Positions 20,323 to 30,652 of a DNA stretch of 64,000 nucleotides are shown piece after piece. Source of the stretch: Alphaproteobacteria bacterium (GTDB lineage: Bacteria; Pseudomonadota; Alphaproteobacteria; GCA-2746255); the NCBI GenBank assembly GCA_965249135.1, contig OZ252220.1:1088001-1152000 (forward strand). The letters are read 5' to 3'. Positions within the stretch are counted from its first letter, which is position 1. Each line of letters starts with the position of its first letter. Under the pieces are notes generated by a model. It made no database searches. It was not told the origin of the DNA and worked only from the letters and a program-made list of their open reading frames with translations. Made by a program: the position numbers and the translations under genes.

Positions 20323-20326
20323 TGCT

Positions 20327-20650
20327 TCAAAACAAATCGTAGCGTTCGATAATGAAAAGAATGGTCGGGATTGAGACCGCTATAACCGCAAGCCACCACC
20401 GTCTTCGCCCGAGGGCTTGGGCCACTTTCTTCTCTTTTCTTTCAAGCCGCTCTGCCTCGGCCCTGTCCCGCTCACCGCTAAGCGTGATTCCTTCCTTAAC
20501 GAGGTCGCGCAAACTGTGTACGCATTTGGAGAGCCTGTCGTTAATTCCATCCTGCCGCTCAATGTATTCGCCAAACTTATCGGCAAGGGCATTAACGCCC
20601 GTCTCAAGCGATGCCATGCGCTCGTTTATGTTTTTATGGACGGCGGGCAT
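20327..20650 (-). CDS. Coiled-coil protein with C-terminal TM helix (lysis-module accessory)
   Basis: MPAVHKNINERMASLE...WWLAVIAVSIPTILFII; start overlaps upstream stop. Confidence 0.6.
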   Translation of the reverse strand: MPAVHKNINERMASLETGVNALADKFGEYIERQDGINDRLSKCVHSLRDLVKEGITLSGERDRAEAERLERKEKKVAQALGRRRWWLAVIAVSIPTILFIIERYDLF

Positions 20651-21408
20651 CAGCTCACCGCCCCTTTCAGTTGTGAGGCTGGAGGCGTCCCGCCGGTCCA
20701 TGTAACCGACCCGCCGCCGAGGGCGATCGCCAAAGCAGCAGAGCCGCCCGGGCCGGGGCTGCCCTGTCCCGTTCCGCCACTATTACCCGCAGCGCCAGGC
20801 GCTCCGCCAGACTCACCGTTACCACCAAACCCTTGAGGTCCTTTTTGACCACCACCACCACCGGCCGTTTCCGTCCCCGCACTACCAGCAGTAGCTCCAA
20901 GTCCACCGCCGTTGCCGCCAGCACCAACATTGCGCCCGGCTCCACCACCACCGCCACCACCGCCATCCGCTGCACCACCGGCTCCTCCCCCCCCTCCTCC
21001 ACCGCCGCCGAAGATAAGGCCGGTCGAAAAGAGGTTGATGATGGTGCGGAAACCGCCAAGCGCGAGCGCGTCTCCACCAGTAAGGCCCGGCTGACCAGTA
21101 CCACCAAGCGCCCCTCCACCAGCGCCTCCAACGCCACCCATCCCTCGAATCCCGGAGCCGTCCTGAACGTCGATGTAGAGCAGGCTTCGCGCAATGATCG
21201 TCGCGTCGATGGTCCCCAACGAGAGCGCCGCCGTCGCCGTCGACGTTGCGTAGAGATCCATGCTGTTCGTGACGAGCAGGCGCAGGATCGCCGCCGTGGT
21301 GCCGTTCCACCCGACGCTCTCGAAGAGTGTCTCAATGGTCTGATCCGCAGCGTCCGCGCTGAGGGTCTTCGTGAAAACCTGCATACCTGGAGGCGCGGCA
21401 TTCCACAT
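20650..21408 (-). CDS. Glycine-rich tail fibre/receptor-binding protein
   Basis: Polyglycine tracts (GGGGGGGG, GMGGVGGAGG); position in tail module. Confidence 0.7.
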   Translation of the reverse strand: MWNAAPPGMQVFTKTLSADAADQTIETLFESVGWNGTTAAILRLLVTNSMDLYATSTATAALSLGTIDATIIARSLLYIDVQDGSGIRGMGGVGGAGGGALGGTGQPGLTGGDALALGGFRTIINLFSTGLIFGGGGGGGGGAGGAADGGGGGGGGAGRNVGAGGNGGGLGATAGSAGTETAGGGGGQKGPQGFGGNGESGGAPGAAGNSGGTGQGSPGPGGSAALAIALGGGSVTWTGGTPPASQLKGAVS

Positions 21409-22281
21409 TTACGAGAAGTCCTGCTGGAAGCTGCAATAGAGATTCGTCCCGTCGCTCACCGCGTAGATGATGTCGACGGCGGCCGCTGTGGTCGTGAGCG
21501 TCAGCGCGACCCCGGCCGGGAATTTATAGACCGCGTTGTAGGCGAGCGTCCGGGATCCGATCCCGTCCTGGGTGATGATAAAAACATAGTTGCCTGCCAC
21601 GAGGTTCGTCGGTGCTCCGAGGGTGCGGTTGCCGCCGAGCGTCACCGTGAAGAGATTGGCAAGCGAGGCGTCGACGGCGATCGTTGCCGCATCGGTTAGC
21701 GCGGAAGCCGCCCCGCCTTGCCGCTTCGTGAAAAGATGGGCGACGCCGGTCTTAACGATTGTGGCATCGAAGGCCTCGACGTCCGTTCCGATCACGAGGC
21801 CGAGATTCACCCGGCCCGTCGCTGCGCTCGCCAGGTCGGAGAGGTTCTGCGCGCCTTTGAGGAAAGAGCCGAGGGGCGTCGCGTCGTTCGTCGACAGGAT
21901 CGAGAGATAGCCGGTCAGCGTCTCGTTTGACATCGAGCCCGAATCCCAGGACACCGTGACCGTCGTGTCCGGGGCGGAGTAGGAGCTCACCGTGATCGTC
22001 CCGTAGATCGTGCCGGCCGCGGAGCCCGTGACCTTGATCCGGCGGTTGACCAAGTAGCGCGCCGTGACGTCGGTCGCCACCGTGAACTGCGTGCCGGAGA
22101 GGTAGGTGAGCGTGTCGCCCCAGTTGAACCACTCGGCATCTTCCATCTGCGTGCGGATCGCCGCCATCACCTCGCGGGAGCTATCGTTCACCCCGGAAGC
22201 GGCCATGCCTTCCTTAAAGCCGTCCGGGGAGGTGGCGTTGTTGCTGGCAGCCGTTTTCGACCATGCGGAGATCGCACTCAT
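21409..22281 (-). CDS. Tail fibre protein
   Basis: Anchor MSAISAWSKTAASN...GMAASGVNDSSREVMA; NLSDLASAATGRVNLGL; C-terminal TLGGNRTLGAPTN...ITQDGIGSRTLA domain. Confidence 0.75.
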   Translation of the reverse strand: MSAISAWSKTAASNNATSPDGFKEGMAASGVNDSSREVMAAIRTQMEDAEWFNWGDTLTYLSGTQFTVATDVTARYLVNRRIKVTGSAAGTIYGTITVSSYSAPDTTVTVSWDSGSMSNETLTGYLSILSTNDATPLGSFLKGAQNLSDLASAATGRVNLGLVIGTDVEAFDATIVKTGVAHLFTKRQGGAASALTDAATIAVDASLANLFTVTLGGNRTLGAPTNLVAGNYVFIITQDGIGSRTLAYNAVYKFPAGVALTLTTTAAAVDIIYAVSDGTNLYCSFQQDFS

Positions 22282-25200
22282 TTCGCTGGCTCCTTCTGCT
22301 TCTCAATGTCTTCGATGACGTCCTTCGCATAGCGGTGCTGCTCCACGATCAGATCGTCACGCAAGGCGCGCTTCAGTTTACTCATGTCGTACCAAGCCCC
22401 GGATCTGCGGAGCCGGTCCTCATAGCCTCGCTTCGTGGATATCTTGGCGCGTTCGCGCGCGAGCTCCTGCAAGGGTTCGATGTCGCGAGCGTAGAGAACG
22501 CGAGCCATGTCCTGATTGATTGCTCGGAGCTGCTTCTCTGCCCGCGACAGTTGACCGTATAAGAGGTTTTCCCGTTTGTTCTCGATGTCGTCGGCGATGT
22601 CCGGCCGGTAGGTCTTGTCCATGTGACGGAGCGTGCGCCGCGCTTTCGTGGCTTCACCGATCAGTTCGTAGACCTTGGTTACATACTTCGAGTGCCCGCC
22701 CGGGTGCTGGCGGTAGAAGCGCCGGATCAGCGGGTACTGGTCGAGGCGCATCTCTGGCATGTCGTCGAACAGCGCCACGTCGAGAAGCGTAAGGCCGTAC
22801 ATGCCCCAGGTGTGGAAGTAGCCACGGATGAGCGATTCGAACTGCGCCGGAGAGAGTTGGGCCGCCCCCGGCCAGTCGCGCATCGTCTCGCCCAAGCGCC
22901 GCAGCATCTCGCTGCCATAGGGGCCGGAGCGCGCCCACGGCTCGAGGTCCTTCATGGCCTCGCTTTCGATCGGCCGATCGGAGAAGCGATTTTCATTGAT
23001 CGCCAGCTCGTAAAGAGGCGCGAAGGCGGCCGGGATGTATTCCATCCGGAACACCTCGGCGATGACGCGCGCCATGTGCTTCGCCGCCTCAACCGGCTCG
23101 GCGTCGAGGATCCCCTCGAGAGCCCGCTCCGCCGCCGAGGCCACCGCGCCGATCTCCCAGATCTTCGGATATTGGAAATGTTCGTATCGCTCATCGAGCG
23201 GCGGGAGGTCCTGCCCCGTCGCCCAGGCGGTGATCGCCTCTTCCGTCGGAATGAAGAAGTGCCAGTAGAGATCCTTCCGCCAATCCTCGAGGTCGTCGTA
23301 GAGTGGGTTCCCCCTGTTGATCGCGTAGAGGCCCATGCTAAGGAGCGCCAGCATCCCGGTCCGGAAGGCGATCTGCCGACGATTCGGGTCCTTGAAGAGA
23401 CCGCGATAACCCCGGTCTATGCCGTTGACGGCCGCCTTCAGGAAGATGATCGTGTCGTAGAAGAAGCCGATCGCCAGGCTGTCGCCGCGCATCCCGAAGT
23501 CCGTCGAGACCTCGCGCGCTGCATAGGCCGCCTCCTTCGGGTGTGCGCCTGCCGCACGCGCCCGGCCATACTCGCCGAGCCGGGTCGCCATCTCGAAGGC
23601 ATTGGCGAACCGCTCAAGCGCCAGGAAAAGACGATCAGGGGTGTCGAGGACCATCTTCCAGTCGATCCCCTTCTTGCCGTAGAACTCACGGGTCATGCGG
23701 TTGAGCTCGCGCCTAGCCGAATCCTCATCGACTAGGTAGGACGAGAAGCCGACGCCGTTGGCGATCGCCTCCTTGTAGAGGGGATCTTCAAGCACCCGAC
23801 TTTTCAGGCCCTTCCAGGAATCAAGAGCGAAGCGGAAACCGAACTTCGAGAAGATCGTCCCCATCAGCGTGTCGCGGGCGATGTTTGCGGCCATGAAATC
23901 AATGGTCAGCGTGATCGTGGCTTGACCAATTCGCTTTGGGACAGCAAGCCACTTCACGATCCAATGCTTCGCTGGCCGGTTGAGGGCGTGGAAGGAGCGC
24001 AGCACAAGGTCGTCGTAGACCTCGAAGAAGGTGGTCTCGCCGTTGAACATGACGGCGACGACGTTCTCGCCAGAAGGCTTCTGATTGTGGGCCCAAAACT
24101 CGACCAGCGGGCCTTGCCGCTCGAGGGCGTCGAGCAGCTCCTCGATGCCTTCCGGCAGGCCTGCGAGCCTCACCCCGCCCTTCGCCCGCATGAGCCGGGC
24201 CGCCGTCGGCGGGATGCCGAGTGTGTCCATGATGGTTTGCTCGATCGACTGCGTGGTGACACTCAGCTTGCGGCTGTCCTTCGGGATCCGCGCCATGAAG
24301 CGCGCGCCGCCTTTCTTCTGCAATACCTCGGCCGCCTTCTGACGCGCCTCGTTAGTGAGCGCCGCGTCGATCAGCATGGAGACGTTCTGCACCATGTTAC
24401 CGAGCACATCGCGCAGGTTGCCGGTGCCGCCGGTCAGCATCTTGATCCCGGTCCAATCGCCGGGTGTTCCCTTCGCCTTGCCGGTCGGCGCGGTCTTGCT
24501 GACCCGGTTGAAGGGGATGTAGACGTCGGTCTCCCATTCCTTGCGCTTGGCCGGGTTGATGACGCCACGCGCCTGGGCGAAGTCGAGGATCCCCTTGTTG
24601 AAGGCCTGGTAGTCCTTGAGCACGCCATCGAAGAGCTCCCGCTGTTCCCGGGTGACGTCCTGCATGGCTTTGATCTCGCCCGGCGTGAACAGCCGCTCCC
24701 GGCCTTGGCCTCGCAGATAATCCGCGCGCTTCGCCACCGCGTAGGCCAGATAGTCGTCGAGCTGCTCGCCGACCGGCTCTAGCAATTCCATGAGGCCTTT
24801 GCCCTCGAAGCGGATGGAGCCGTCCTCTTGGGTGACGGGGATGCCGTATTTGATGGCCCCTTCGACGACAGTGTGCTTGCCCCGGGTGAGCCGCGCCGTC
24901 TTATACATGCCATCCCAGGAGGTCGAGCCCGTGAGGGCAGTTTCCATCTTGAGCCAGCCGTCGAGGTCGTCCGTCACGCCCTGGCGGAATCGCTCCCAAA
25001 TCGAATCGAGCGCCGCGTTCATCTCACCGCCATCGCCGATCTTCGACTTGCCCCGGGTGGCGAGGTCCTGGGCGAACCAGTCGTGCATGTCGGCTTGGGA
25101 TTCACGGAGCGCCGGGCCGTATTCGCTCTTGCCGATGAAGTCCTCAAACCAGGCGTAGAAGTTTGGCGCGGCGGCGCGGGCCTTGTCGCGCTGCGTCGAC

Positions 25201-27857
25201 CACAAGCGCACGAACTCGGCAAAGCCCTCGTAGGTTTTCTTCACGTCGTAGGAGACGCTTTGCAGCTCCTTGCGGAACAGTTTCGCGCGTGCCGATTTTC
25301 CCTTCCATTGCTGCGAGATCTCCGGGATCCGGCTATCGAGCAGATGGGCGAACTCGTGGGCCGCGACCTCTATGTCGTTCATGTTCTTGAGGCGCACCTC
25401 TTCGACGTTGTGGCGGAAGAAGCCAAGACGTTTGCCGCCCTTGACCCGACCCTGGTAGAGGGGCACGCCGAGCGCCTTGGTGAGTTTGCGGAGGATCGCC
25501 TCGCGCCGCAGCGGTTCCTTCTTCTGCGGACCATTGGCGATCTCGCGGATCTTCGCCGCCAGGCCTGCAAGCGCGGCGTCGCCGGCCGGACTCTGGATGA
25601 CCTCGCCCGGCATATCTCCAACCATGCCGACGTATCGCGTGCCCGCCTCCATCCCACTCGTCCCGGTTCGGCTCGCTGCCGTGTCAGTCAGCGTGTCCCC
25701 GCCTTCCGACACGCCAAGGTCGATCTCCAGATTCATAATCTTCTCGATCTCCCGGTTGGTAAGAGTCTCCATGTCGATGCCGGAGCGGAAAAGCGCCTCG
25801 TCGAGATCCCGCATCATCGCGTGGCGCTGGACAAGCATCTCATCCTTCGGGTGGGTGAGCTGCGCTTGGCCGGTGAAGTCGCCCCGCAGCGCCTCCAGGA
25901 ACTCGCGCGCGCTCGGCGGTCCTTCCTGGTGCATGGGAAAGAACCCCTCTTCCCAGGCTCGCTCGGCCGCTTCCTCGAAGGTGCGCCCCTTCTTGCTGAC
26001 CAAGCCTGGCCGGGTCGTGGATGAGACGCCCATCGTTGCCAACTCGCCGGATTCCTCACGAATCCCGCCTTCCTTGACAAGGAACCGCGTGAGCGTCTGC
26101 GGTTGCTTCGGCATCGCGCCCTTGCCGCGCATCAGATTTAGGGCTTCTTCAAGATGGGGGTTGCCAGCCGGTTCCTGGATGACGGGTGTCTTGGGTTCTG
26201 CGCCTGCTTCTTCTTCCGTCGTCTCTTTGGGCACCGCAACTGGCTCAAGTTTTTGTGCATTTTCTAGGTTGAGGCGGCGCACAACCTCTTCTGCATTGAC
26301 CGGCGCGTGCGCAAAAGGCTCGACGATATGCGAAGGATCGTTCTTATCGCGTCCAGTGGTAGTCGTGAAATTACCGGCTTTATCGACCTTTCCGACTGTG
26401 GTGAAGGATCCATCTTCAGCGATGAAAGTGTCGCCAACAGAAATGTCTGAGGCGGAGAAATTGCCGACTTTTCCAGAGCGATTTAATCTAGCTGCTTCCC
26501 CGCCTCTCCAAAATTCCCCTTCTGCGGCCTCTGGCTGAGCGGTCGTTTGCGTGGTTTCGCCTTCCTGTGGTTCCGGACCGCCGCCGTCGGCAGGCGTTTC
26601 ACCACCTGGCTCATCATGTCCGGTGCGAACCGGGCCGCGCACCTTGAAGCCGAGCATTGCGGCGAAAACGCTGAACATGAAGCCAATCGTCACCCCGATG
26701 CCGGTGCTTTCGGCCGCCGGTTTGAGCAGCTCACGCTCCGGGTCGTAGAGCTTCTGTGCAATCGCCCAATCCATGACCGACTGGAAGAGCTCCTGGGCTC
26801 CTTCCTCAGCCCCGCCCTTAAGGCCCTCCTTGATGACCTTCCGAAGCGTTCCGCCGGTCGCCTTGTCGTAGCGATCAAGAAGCCGTGCGATCGGCGCACC
26901 TTCGGAAAGACCGACCACCGCTCCGAGCTTCGAGGCCTCGTAGGCGGTTTCCAGATCCGCGCCGCTGTGAACCGCATCCTCGAACTGTGAGGTCGCCTGG
27001 GCCGACGCGCCGAGCGTGGCCGCCGAAGCACCTGCGACCATCATGCCGGGCCCGGCCAGGATACGGCCGACGATACCGGCGGCGGCGAAGCCAGCGGTTG
27101 ATCCAACGCCGCGCATGAGCTTGTGGCTGATCGTCTCTTCGGCTTCCGGGTCCGTCGGGATCGCTTCCCGGGTCGCCTCCTGCATCTGCTCGCCGAATTG
27201 GTAGAGGAAATTGTCCTCCGGGCGGCGCGGATCTCCGAGGCCTTCGCGGATCTTCACCCGCGCTTCCGGCGTGGCTTGCTGGTAGCGGTGGACCGTCGCG
27301 GAATTCACCATCGGCAAACCGAAGGGGCTCACCTGCTCGCCTGCGTCGATCTTGTCGAGGGCCCCGAGGATCCGCGTGTCGCCCGCCTCGATAGCGATTG
27401 CGATGGACTTCGGCACACTGGCGACGACATCGACGGCCGACTGCGCGGCGGCGGCCAGCGCGCTCGGGATGTTGGGGCGGACTTGGTTGATCTCGAGCTC
27501 GGCCTGCTCCTTCGTTACCCCCTCGTAATCCGGGTTCTTGCCGGTGAGGGCGATGTAGCGAGCCTTCCATTGCCGCTCGGCGGCTCCATCCTCATCGTGC
27601 ACGACACCGCTAAAGGCGTTCTCGCCCTCGACGTAAGATTGGAACTCTGCGCCCGGACGATGCCACTCCAGCGGCTTTAATTCTGTTTTCGGTGTGAACA
27701 CGTCCTCGGTTGGGATGGGAGCCGCCTCGGGAGCGGCCACCGGAGCAGGCGACATGGTCGCCTCGCCCTCAAAAACCTCGTCCATCGAGAGCAGCTCCTC
27801 ATCCGGCTGAGTGGCCGGGGAGCCGAAAACCTCCTCCATGCTGAGAAGATCCGCCAT
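22278..27857 (-). CDS. Large DNA-ejection/polyvalent protein (zincin-like motif, LPD38-like C-terminus)
   Basis: 1859 aa; AAHEFAHLLD...EGFAEF; C-terminal AREVSTDFG...YDDLEDWRKDLYWHF...PKIWEIG. Confidence 0.75.
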   Translation of the reverse strand: MADLLSMEEVFGSPATQPDEELLSMDEVFEGEATMSPAPVAAPEAAPIPTEDVFTPKTELKPLEWHRPGAEFQSYVEGENAFSGVVHDEDGAAERQWKARYIALTGKNPDYEGVTKEQAELEINQVRPNIPSALAAAAQSAVDVVASVPKSIAIAIEAGDTRILGALDKIDAGEQVSPFGLPMVNSATVHRYQQATPEARVKIREGLGDPRRPEDNFLYQFGEQMQEATREAIPTDPEAEETISHKLMRGVGSTAGFAAAGIVGRILAGPGMMVAGASAATLGASAQATSQFEDAVHSGADLETAYEASKLGAVVGLSEGAPIARLLDRYDKATGGTLRKVIKEGLKGGAEEGAQELFQSVMDWAIAQKLYDPERELLKPAAESTGIGVTIGFMFSVFAAMLGFKVRGPVRTGHDEPGGETPADGGGPEPQEGETTQTTAQPEAAEGEFWRGGEAARLNRSGKVGNFSASDISVGDTFIAEDGSFTTVGKVDKAGNFTTTTGRDKNDPSHIVEPFAHAPVNAEEVVRRLNLENAQKLEPVAVPKETTEEEAGAEPKTPVIQEPAGNPHLEEALNLMRGKGAMPKQPQTLTRFLVKEGGIREESGELATMGVSSTTRPGLVSKKGRTFEEAAERAWEEGFFPMHQEGPPSAREFLEALRGDFTGQAQLTHPKDEMLVQRHAMMRDLDEALFRSGIDMETLTNREIEKIMNLEIDLGVSEGGDTLTDTAASRTGTSGMEAGTRYVGMVGDMPGEVIQSPAGDAALAGLAAKIREIANGPQKKEPLRREAILRKLTKALGVPLYQGRVKGGKRLGFFRHNVEEVRLKNMNDIEVAAHEFAHLLDSRIPEISQQWKGKSARAKLFRKELQSVSYDVKKTYEGFAEFVRLWSTQRDKARAAAPNFYAWFEDFIGKSEYGPALRESQADMHDWFAQDLATRGKSKIGDGGEMNAALDSIWERFRQGVTDDLDGWLKMETALTGSTSWDGMYKTARLTRGKHTVVEGAIKYGIPVTQEDGSIRFEGKGLMELLEPVGEQLDDYLAYAVAKRADYLRGQGRERLFTPGEIKAMQDVTREQRELFDGVLKDYQAFNKGILDFAQARGVINPAKRKEWETDVYIPFNRVSKTAPTGKAKGTPGDWTGIKMLTGGTGNLRDVLGNMVQNVSMLIDAALTNEARQKAAEVLQKKGGARFMARIPKDSRKLSVTTQSIEQTIMDTLGIPPTAARLMRAKGGVRLAGLPEGIEELLDALERQGPLVEFWAHNQKPSGENVVAVMFNGETTFFEVYDDLVLRSFHALNRPAKHWIVKWLAVPKRIGQATITLTIDFMAANIARDTLMGTIFSKFGFRFALDSWKGLKSRVLEDPLYKEAIANGVGFSSYLVDEDSARRELNRMTREFYGKKGIDWKMVLDTPDRLFLALERFANAFEMATRLGEYGRARAAGAHPKEAAYAAREVSTDFGMRGDSLAIGFFYDTIIFLKAAVNGIDRGYRGLFKDPNRRQIAFRTGMLALLSMGLYAINRGNPLYDDLEDWRKDLYWHFFIPTEEAITAWATGQDLPPLDERYEHFQYPKIWEIGAVASAAERALEGILDAEPVEAAKHMARVIAEVFRMEYIPAAFAPLYELAINENRFSDRPIESEAMKDLEPWARSGPYGSEMLRRLGETMRDWPGAAQLSPAQFESLIRGYFHTWGMYGLTLLDVALFDDMPEMRLDQYPLIRRFYRQHPGGHSKYVTKVYELIGEATKARRTLRHMDKTYRPDIADDIENKRENLLYGQLSRAEKQLRAINQDMARVLYARDIEPLQELARERAKISTKRGYEDRLRRSGAWYDMSKLKRALRDDLIVEQHRYAKDVIEDIEKQKEPAK

Positions 27858-27861
27858 CAGC

Positions 27862-28914
27862 TCACGGCCTCCGCCAGGCCTTTCCGGTCCAGATCAGCAC
27901 GCCCTTCGGCGTCGAGTAGGCCGCGCCCTTCTTCAGCTTCGCCGTGTCCGGCCTGCCTTCCTTGGTGGTCGGCACCTGATCGACGCGGTTCGTCCCGTAG
28001 ACTTGGCCCGCGAATTTCGAGTAACCGTCGTCCGATCCCACTTTGCGGTTGAGAGCGGACGTCACCGCCTTTTGCAGGAGCGGATCGTAGTCCTGGTTGT
28101 CGCGCCCGGTCGCCGTGGCGGCGCTGGTGCGCCGCGTGATCTCGTCCTTCAAGGTCTCGTCGTCATCGAGGCCTGCGGCCACCCGGTTCACGTATTCCCG
28201 CGCCGCGTCGATCTCGGCGTTGTTCGCCTCCTGGGCCGGGGTCAGCCCGCCGCCTTCCTTAGGATTCCAGCGGGGGCCACGGCTCTGCTCGATCCACCGG
28301 CCGGTGCCGGGGTCGTACTGCTTCTTGACTTCTTCGGTGCCCTCGTAGAAGGACTCGAGCTGCGGCTTTTTCGCTGCGGATCCGCGCAGCATCGACTCCG
28401 CGCCGCGCTCCGGGAAAGCCTCGAAGAGAAGCCCCGCAAGCTCCGGGGGCATGTCGGCGAGTGGTCCGCGAACCCCTGCTCCGGGGCCCCCGCCGGTCGC
28501 ACCCCGGAGTGCATAGGGATCCGCACCGGAATCCAAAGGCCCAACCGGGCCGCCACGGCCTTCCCCCAACCGATCCGCGATCGCCTTCCTGGCCGCCGCC
28601 GCTTTGGCTTTGGCCTCCATCGCCTGCATCCAGGCCAGTTGCCGCATCCGGGCAGAGCCGCCCGCTGCGCGCGTGTAGTCGCGTCGGGCCCCCGCGCTCA
28701 TAAGATCCGAGGCCTTCTCGGCACCCTTGCCTACGACGCCGAGAAAATCGCCTGCGGCCGGGTCGAAGGAAGGCGCGCCCGCCGACATCATGCCGAGGCC
28801 CTGCGAGAGCAGCCAGTCGTTGATGCTCGGCTGTTGATCGAAGAGCGGGCCGGTCTGCGGCCAGTTGATGTCCGTGCCGTCCCAGGGGCTCCGCCTTTTT
28901 GCGATTGTCGTCAT
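27862..28914 (-). CDS. Putative internal virion/ejection protein
   Basis: Gly/Ala-rich, between injection genes, ends GVLIWTGKAW. Confidence 0.6.
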   Translation of the reverse strand: MTTIAKRRSPWDGTDINWPQTGPLFDQQPSINDWLLSQGLGMMSAGAPSFDPAAGDFLGVVGKGAEKASDLMSAGARRDYTRAAGGSARMRQLAWMQAMEAKAKAAAARKAIADRLGEGRGGPVGPLDSGADPYALRGATGGGPGAGVRGPLADMPPELAGLLFEAFPERGAESMLRGSAAKKPQLESFYEGTEEVKKQYDPGTGRWIEQSRGPRWNPKEGGGLTPAQEANNAEIDAAREYVNRVAAGLDDDETLKDEITRRTSAATATGRDNQDYDPLLQKAVTSALNRKVGSDDGYSKFAGQVYGTNRVDQVPTTKEGRPDTAKLKKGAAYSTPKGVLIWTGKAWRRP

Positions 28915-28931
28915 CCTGCCCTCCTAAAAAA

Positions 28932-29843
28932 TCATCTGAAGATGTTGCCGAAGCGAAGCCCGCCGAGCGCGCTAAGGCCCAAGCCAAGCAGTTGCGAGCC
29001 GCTGTTCGAGTAGATTGGGCGGCTCGTCGTCGTCTCCTGGGTGCCGCCGTAATTGCCTTGGATGAGGCCCATGTATTGCGCGATCTTCGCGGCCGGGCTG
29101 GTCTGCTCGAAATTGTGCCGGGCCAGCGCCTCGTCGATCTCCTCGCCGGACTTGGCCTCCTTCGCCATGCCGACGCTCGCCAGCTTTGAGAGCTCGCCGT
29201 AATCCGTCTCCGCCAGGCTCGGCGCGAAGAGGGCGGATTTCAGCATGTTCTCCCGCTCATCGGCGTAGTTGCGGTAGGAGAGCTCGCCCGCCTTCTCGGT
29301 CAGGTTCTCGCCCAGGCGATCAAGGGCGAGGTCGCGCTGGTTCTTGTGCAGCCCGGATCCGTAGCGCCCGGCTTTCGAGAATCCGCTGTCGATACCTGGC
29401 ATGATCTCTTCGTTGAAGCTGCGGATGACCGGATTCGCTGCCCGCTCATAAGCCGCCTGGATGTGCGGGTTGCCCGCGTCGAGATAGGCCCCGCTGGTGC
29501 TGTCGAAGAGCAGGCCCTTCGCCGCCTCGTTGAGCGGGGATCCCGCTCTGGCGCGCGCCGCCGTTCCGGCCAAGGCCTCCTCCGATTCGGCGGAATAGGG
29601 AACCGTGAGCGCGCCGCTGAAGAACTCGGGCCGCGAGGAATCATACTCGGAGCGGGCCTGCTCGAACCCGTATTTCAGGAAAGGCTTTTGTTCCGCCCAC
29701 GGCTCGGCCTTCGTCGTTTGCGTGACGTCGTTGCTGCCAGACGGCCCGCCTTTCGCCTGGGTGACTGGGCCGTCGTATTCGTACCACTCGCCCTCGATCA
29801 GGTTGCCGTCGATGTCGTGCACGGTCTTGGTCCAGACGCGCAT
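28932..29843 (-). CDS. Putative DNA injection (pilot) protein
   Basis: TTKAEPWAEQKPFL..AGRYGSG..C-terminal LLGLGLSALGG, typical of podoviral ejection proteins. Confidence 0.65.
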   Translation of the reverse strand: MRVWTKTVHDIDGNLIEGEWYEYDGPVTQAKGGPSGSNDVTQTTKAEPWAEQKPFLKYGFEQARSEYDSSRPEFFSGALTVPYSAESEEALAGTAARARAGSPLNEAAKGLLFDSTSGAYLDAGNPHIQAAYERAANPVIRSFNEEIMPGIDSGFSKAGRYGSGLHKNQRDLALDRLGENLTEKAGELSYRNYADERENMLKSALFAPSLAETDYGELSKLASVGMAKEAKSGEEIDEALARHNFEQTSPAAKIAQYMGLIQGNYGGTQETTTSRPIYSNSGSQLLGLGLSALGGLRFGNIFR

Positions 29844-29844
29844 G

Positions 29845-30339
29845 TCAGAGCTCCTTTCTTACGAGCGTCGAGGTCACTTTCCACTGCTCGCCCATCACCT
29901 TCAGCCAGCCCTTGCGGGCGTAGCTCTCCAGAATCGTGCAGCCTTGGGCCTTCGCCCACTCGCCGAGATAGTCCTCGAAGTGCAGCCACTTCTTCCGGTC
30001 CTTGCCGTTGACCATGAAGATCAGGCAGGCTTTCGTTTGCGGGTAGGCGATGATCTGCGTGATGACGAAGCCCACATAGTCGCCGCCCTGGTGCAGCACC
30101 CAAAGCTGCAGCGTCTTGTCGAGCACCGCCTTCAGCACGTCCCGGTTCGTCCATGTGCCGTCCATCTGCGCGCATACCTCGATCACGCCAGCCTCGACGA
30201 AGCGCCATACGCGCGGCACATCCACCCGCGAGATGCCGGAGATCTGGAGCTCGTCCTCCGGTGGGGAGGCCCCCTGCTCGGGTGCTTCCTCGGCCTCAGC
30301 CGATGACGCAGATGCTAAAGGTTCGGTCTGCTTGTGCAT
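29845..30339 (-). CDS. GNAT-fold virion assembly protein
   Basis: LQLWV...ITQIIAYP...EWAKAQGCTILESYARKGW; position before ejection genes. Confidence 0.65.
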   Translation of the reverse strand: MHKQTEPLASASSAEAEEAPEQGASPPEDELQISGISRVDVPRVWRFVEAGVIEVCAQMDGTWTNRDVLKAVLDKTLQLWVLHQGGDYVGFVITQIIAYPQTKACLIFMVNGKDRKKWLHFEDYLGEWAKAQGCTILESYARKGWLKVMGEQWKVTSTLVRKEL

Positions 30340-30652
30340 TGTTCGCGTGCGTGATGGTGAAAGTTTGCTTGCCTCGAGAGCTGATATACATGCCGCCCGC
30401 CGCCAGCTCCGCAGCGGCGTTGGCGGTGAGCGGCGTGAAGGTGATCGTGCTGTTCGGCCCGGCGCAAAGATCCGCGACGACGGTTGTCGCCTGGCTCGCG
30501 GTGAGCGTAATCTCATCGCAGACGTTGAGACCGCCGCGTATGATCCGGTTGATGGCCTCGGCGAGCTGGCGGCGGTGCAGCCTTCCGCTCGGTCCATAGA
30601 GCGGAGCCTCGGGGAAGCCGCGTTCGCTGGCGCGTGGGGAGACGACGGCCAT
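30296..30652 (-). CDS. Small tail-associated structural protein
   Basis: MAVVSPRASERGF...ITLTASQATTVV...FTITHANNAQADRTF; start abuts upstream stop. Confidence 0.6.
   Translation of the reverse strand: MAVVSPRASERGFPEAPLYGPSGRLHRRQLAEAINRIIRGGLNVCDEITLTASQATTVVADLCAGPNSTITFTPLTANAAAELAAGGMYISSRGKQTFTITHANNAQADRTFSICVIG

Noticed and set aside
20882-21310. Trp/Arg-rich and poly-Pro ORFs
   Set aside because: Alternative frames of the polyglycine tail fibre gene
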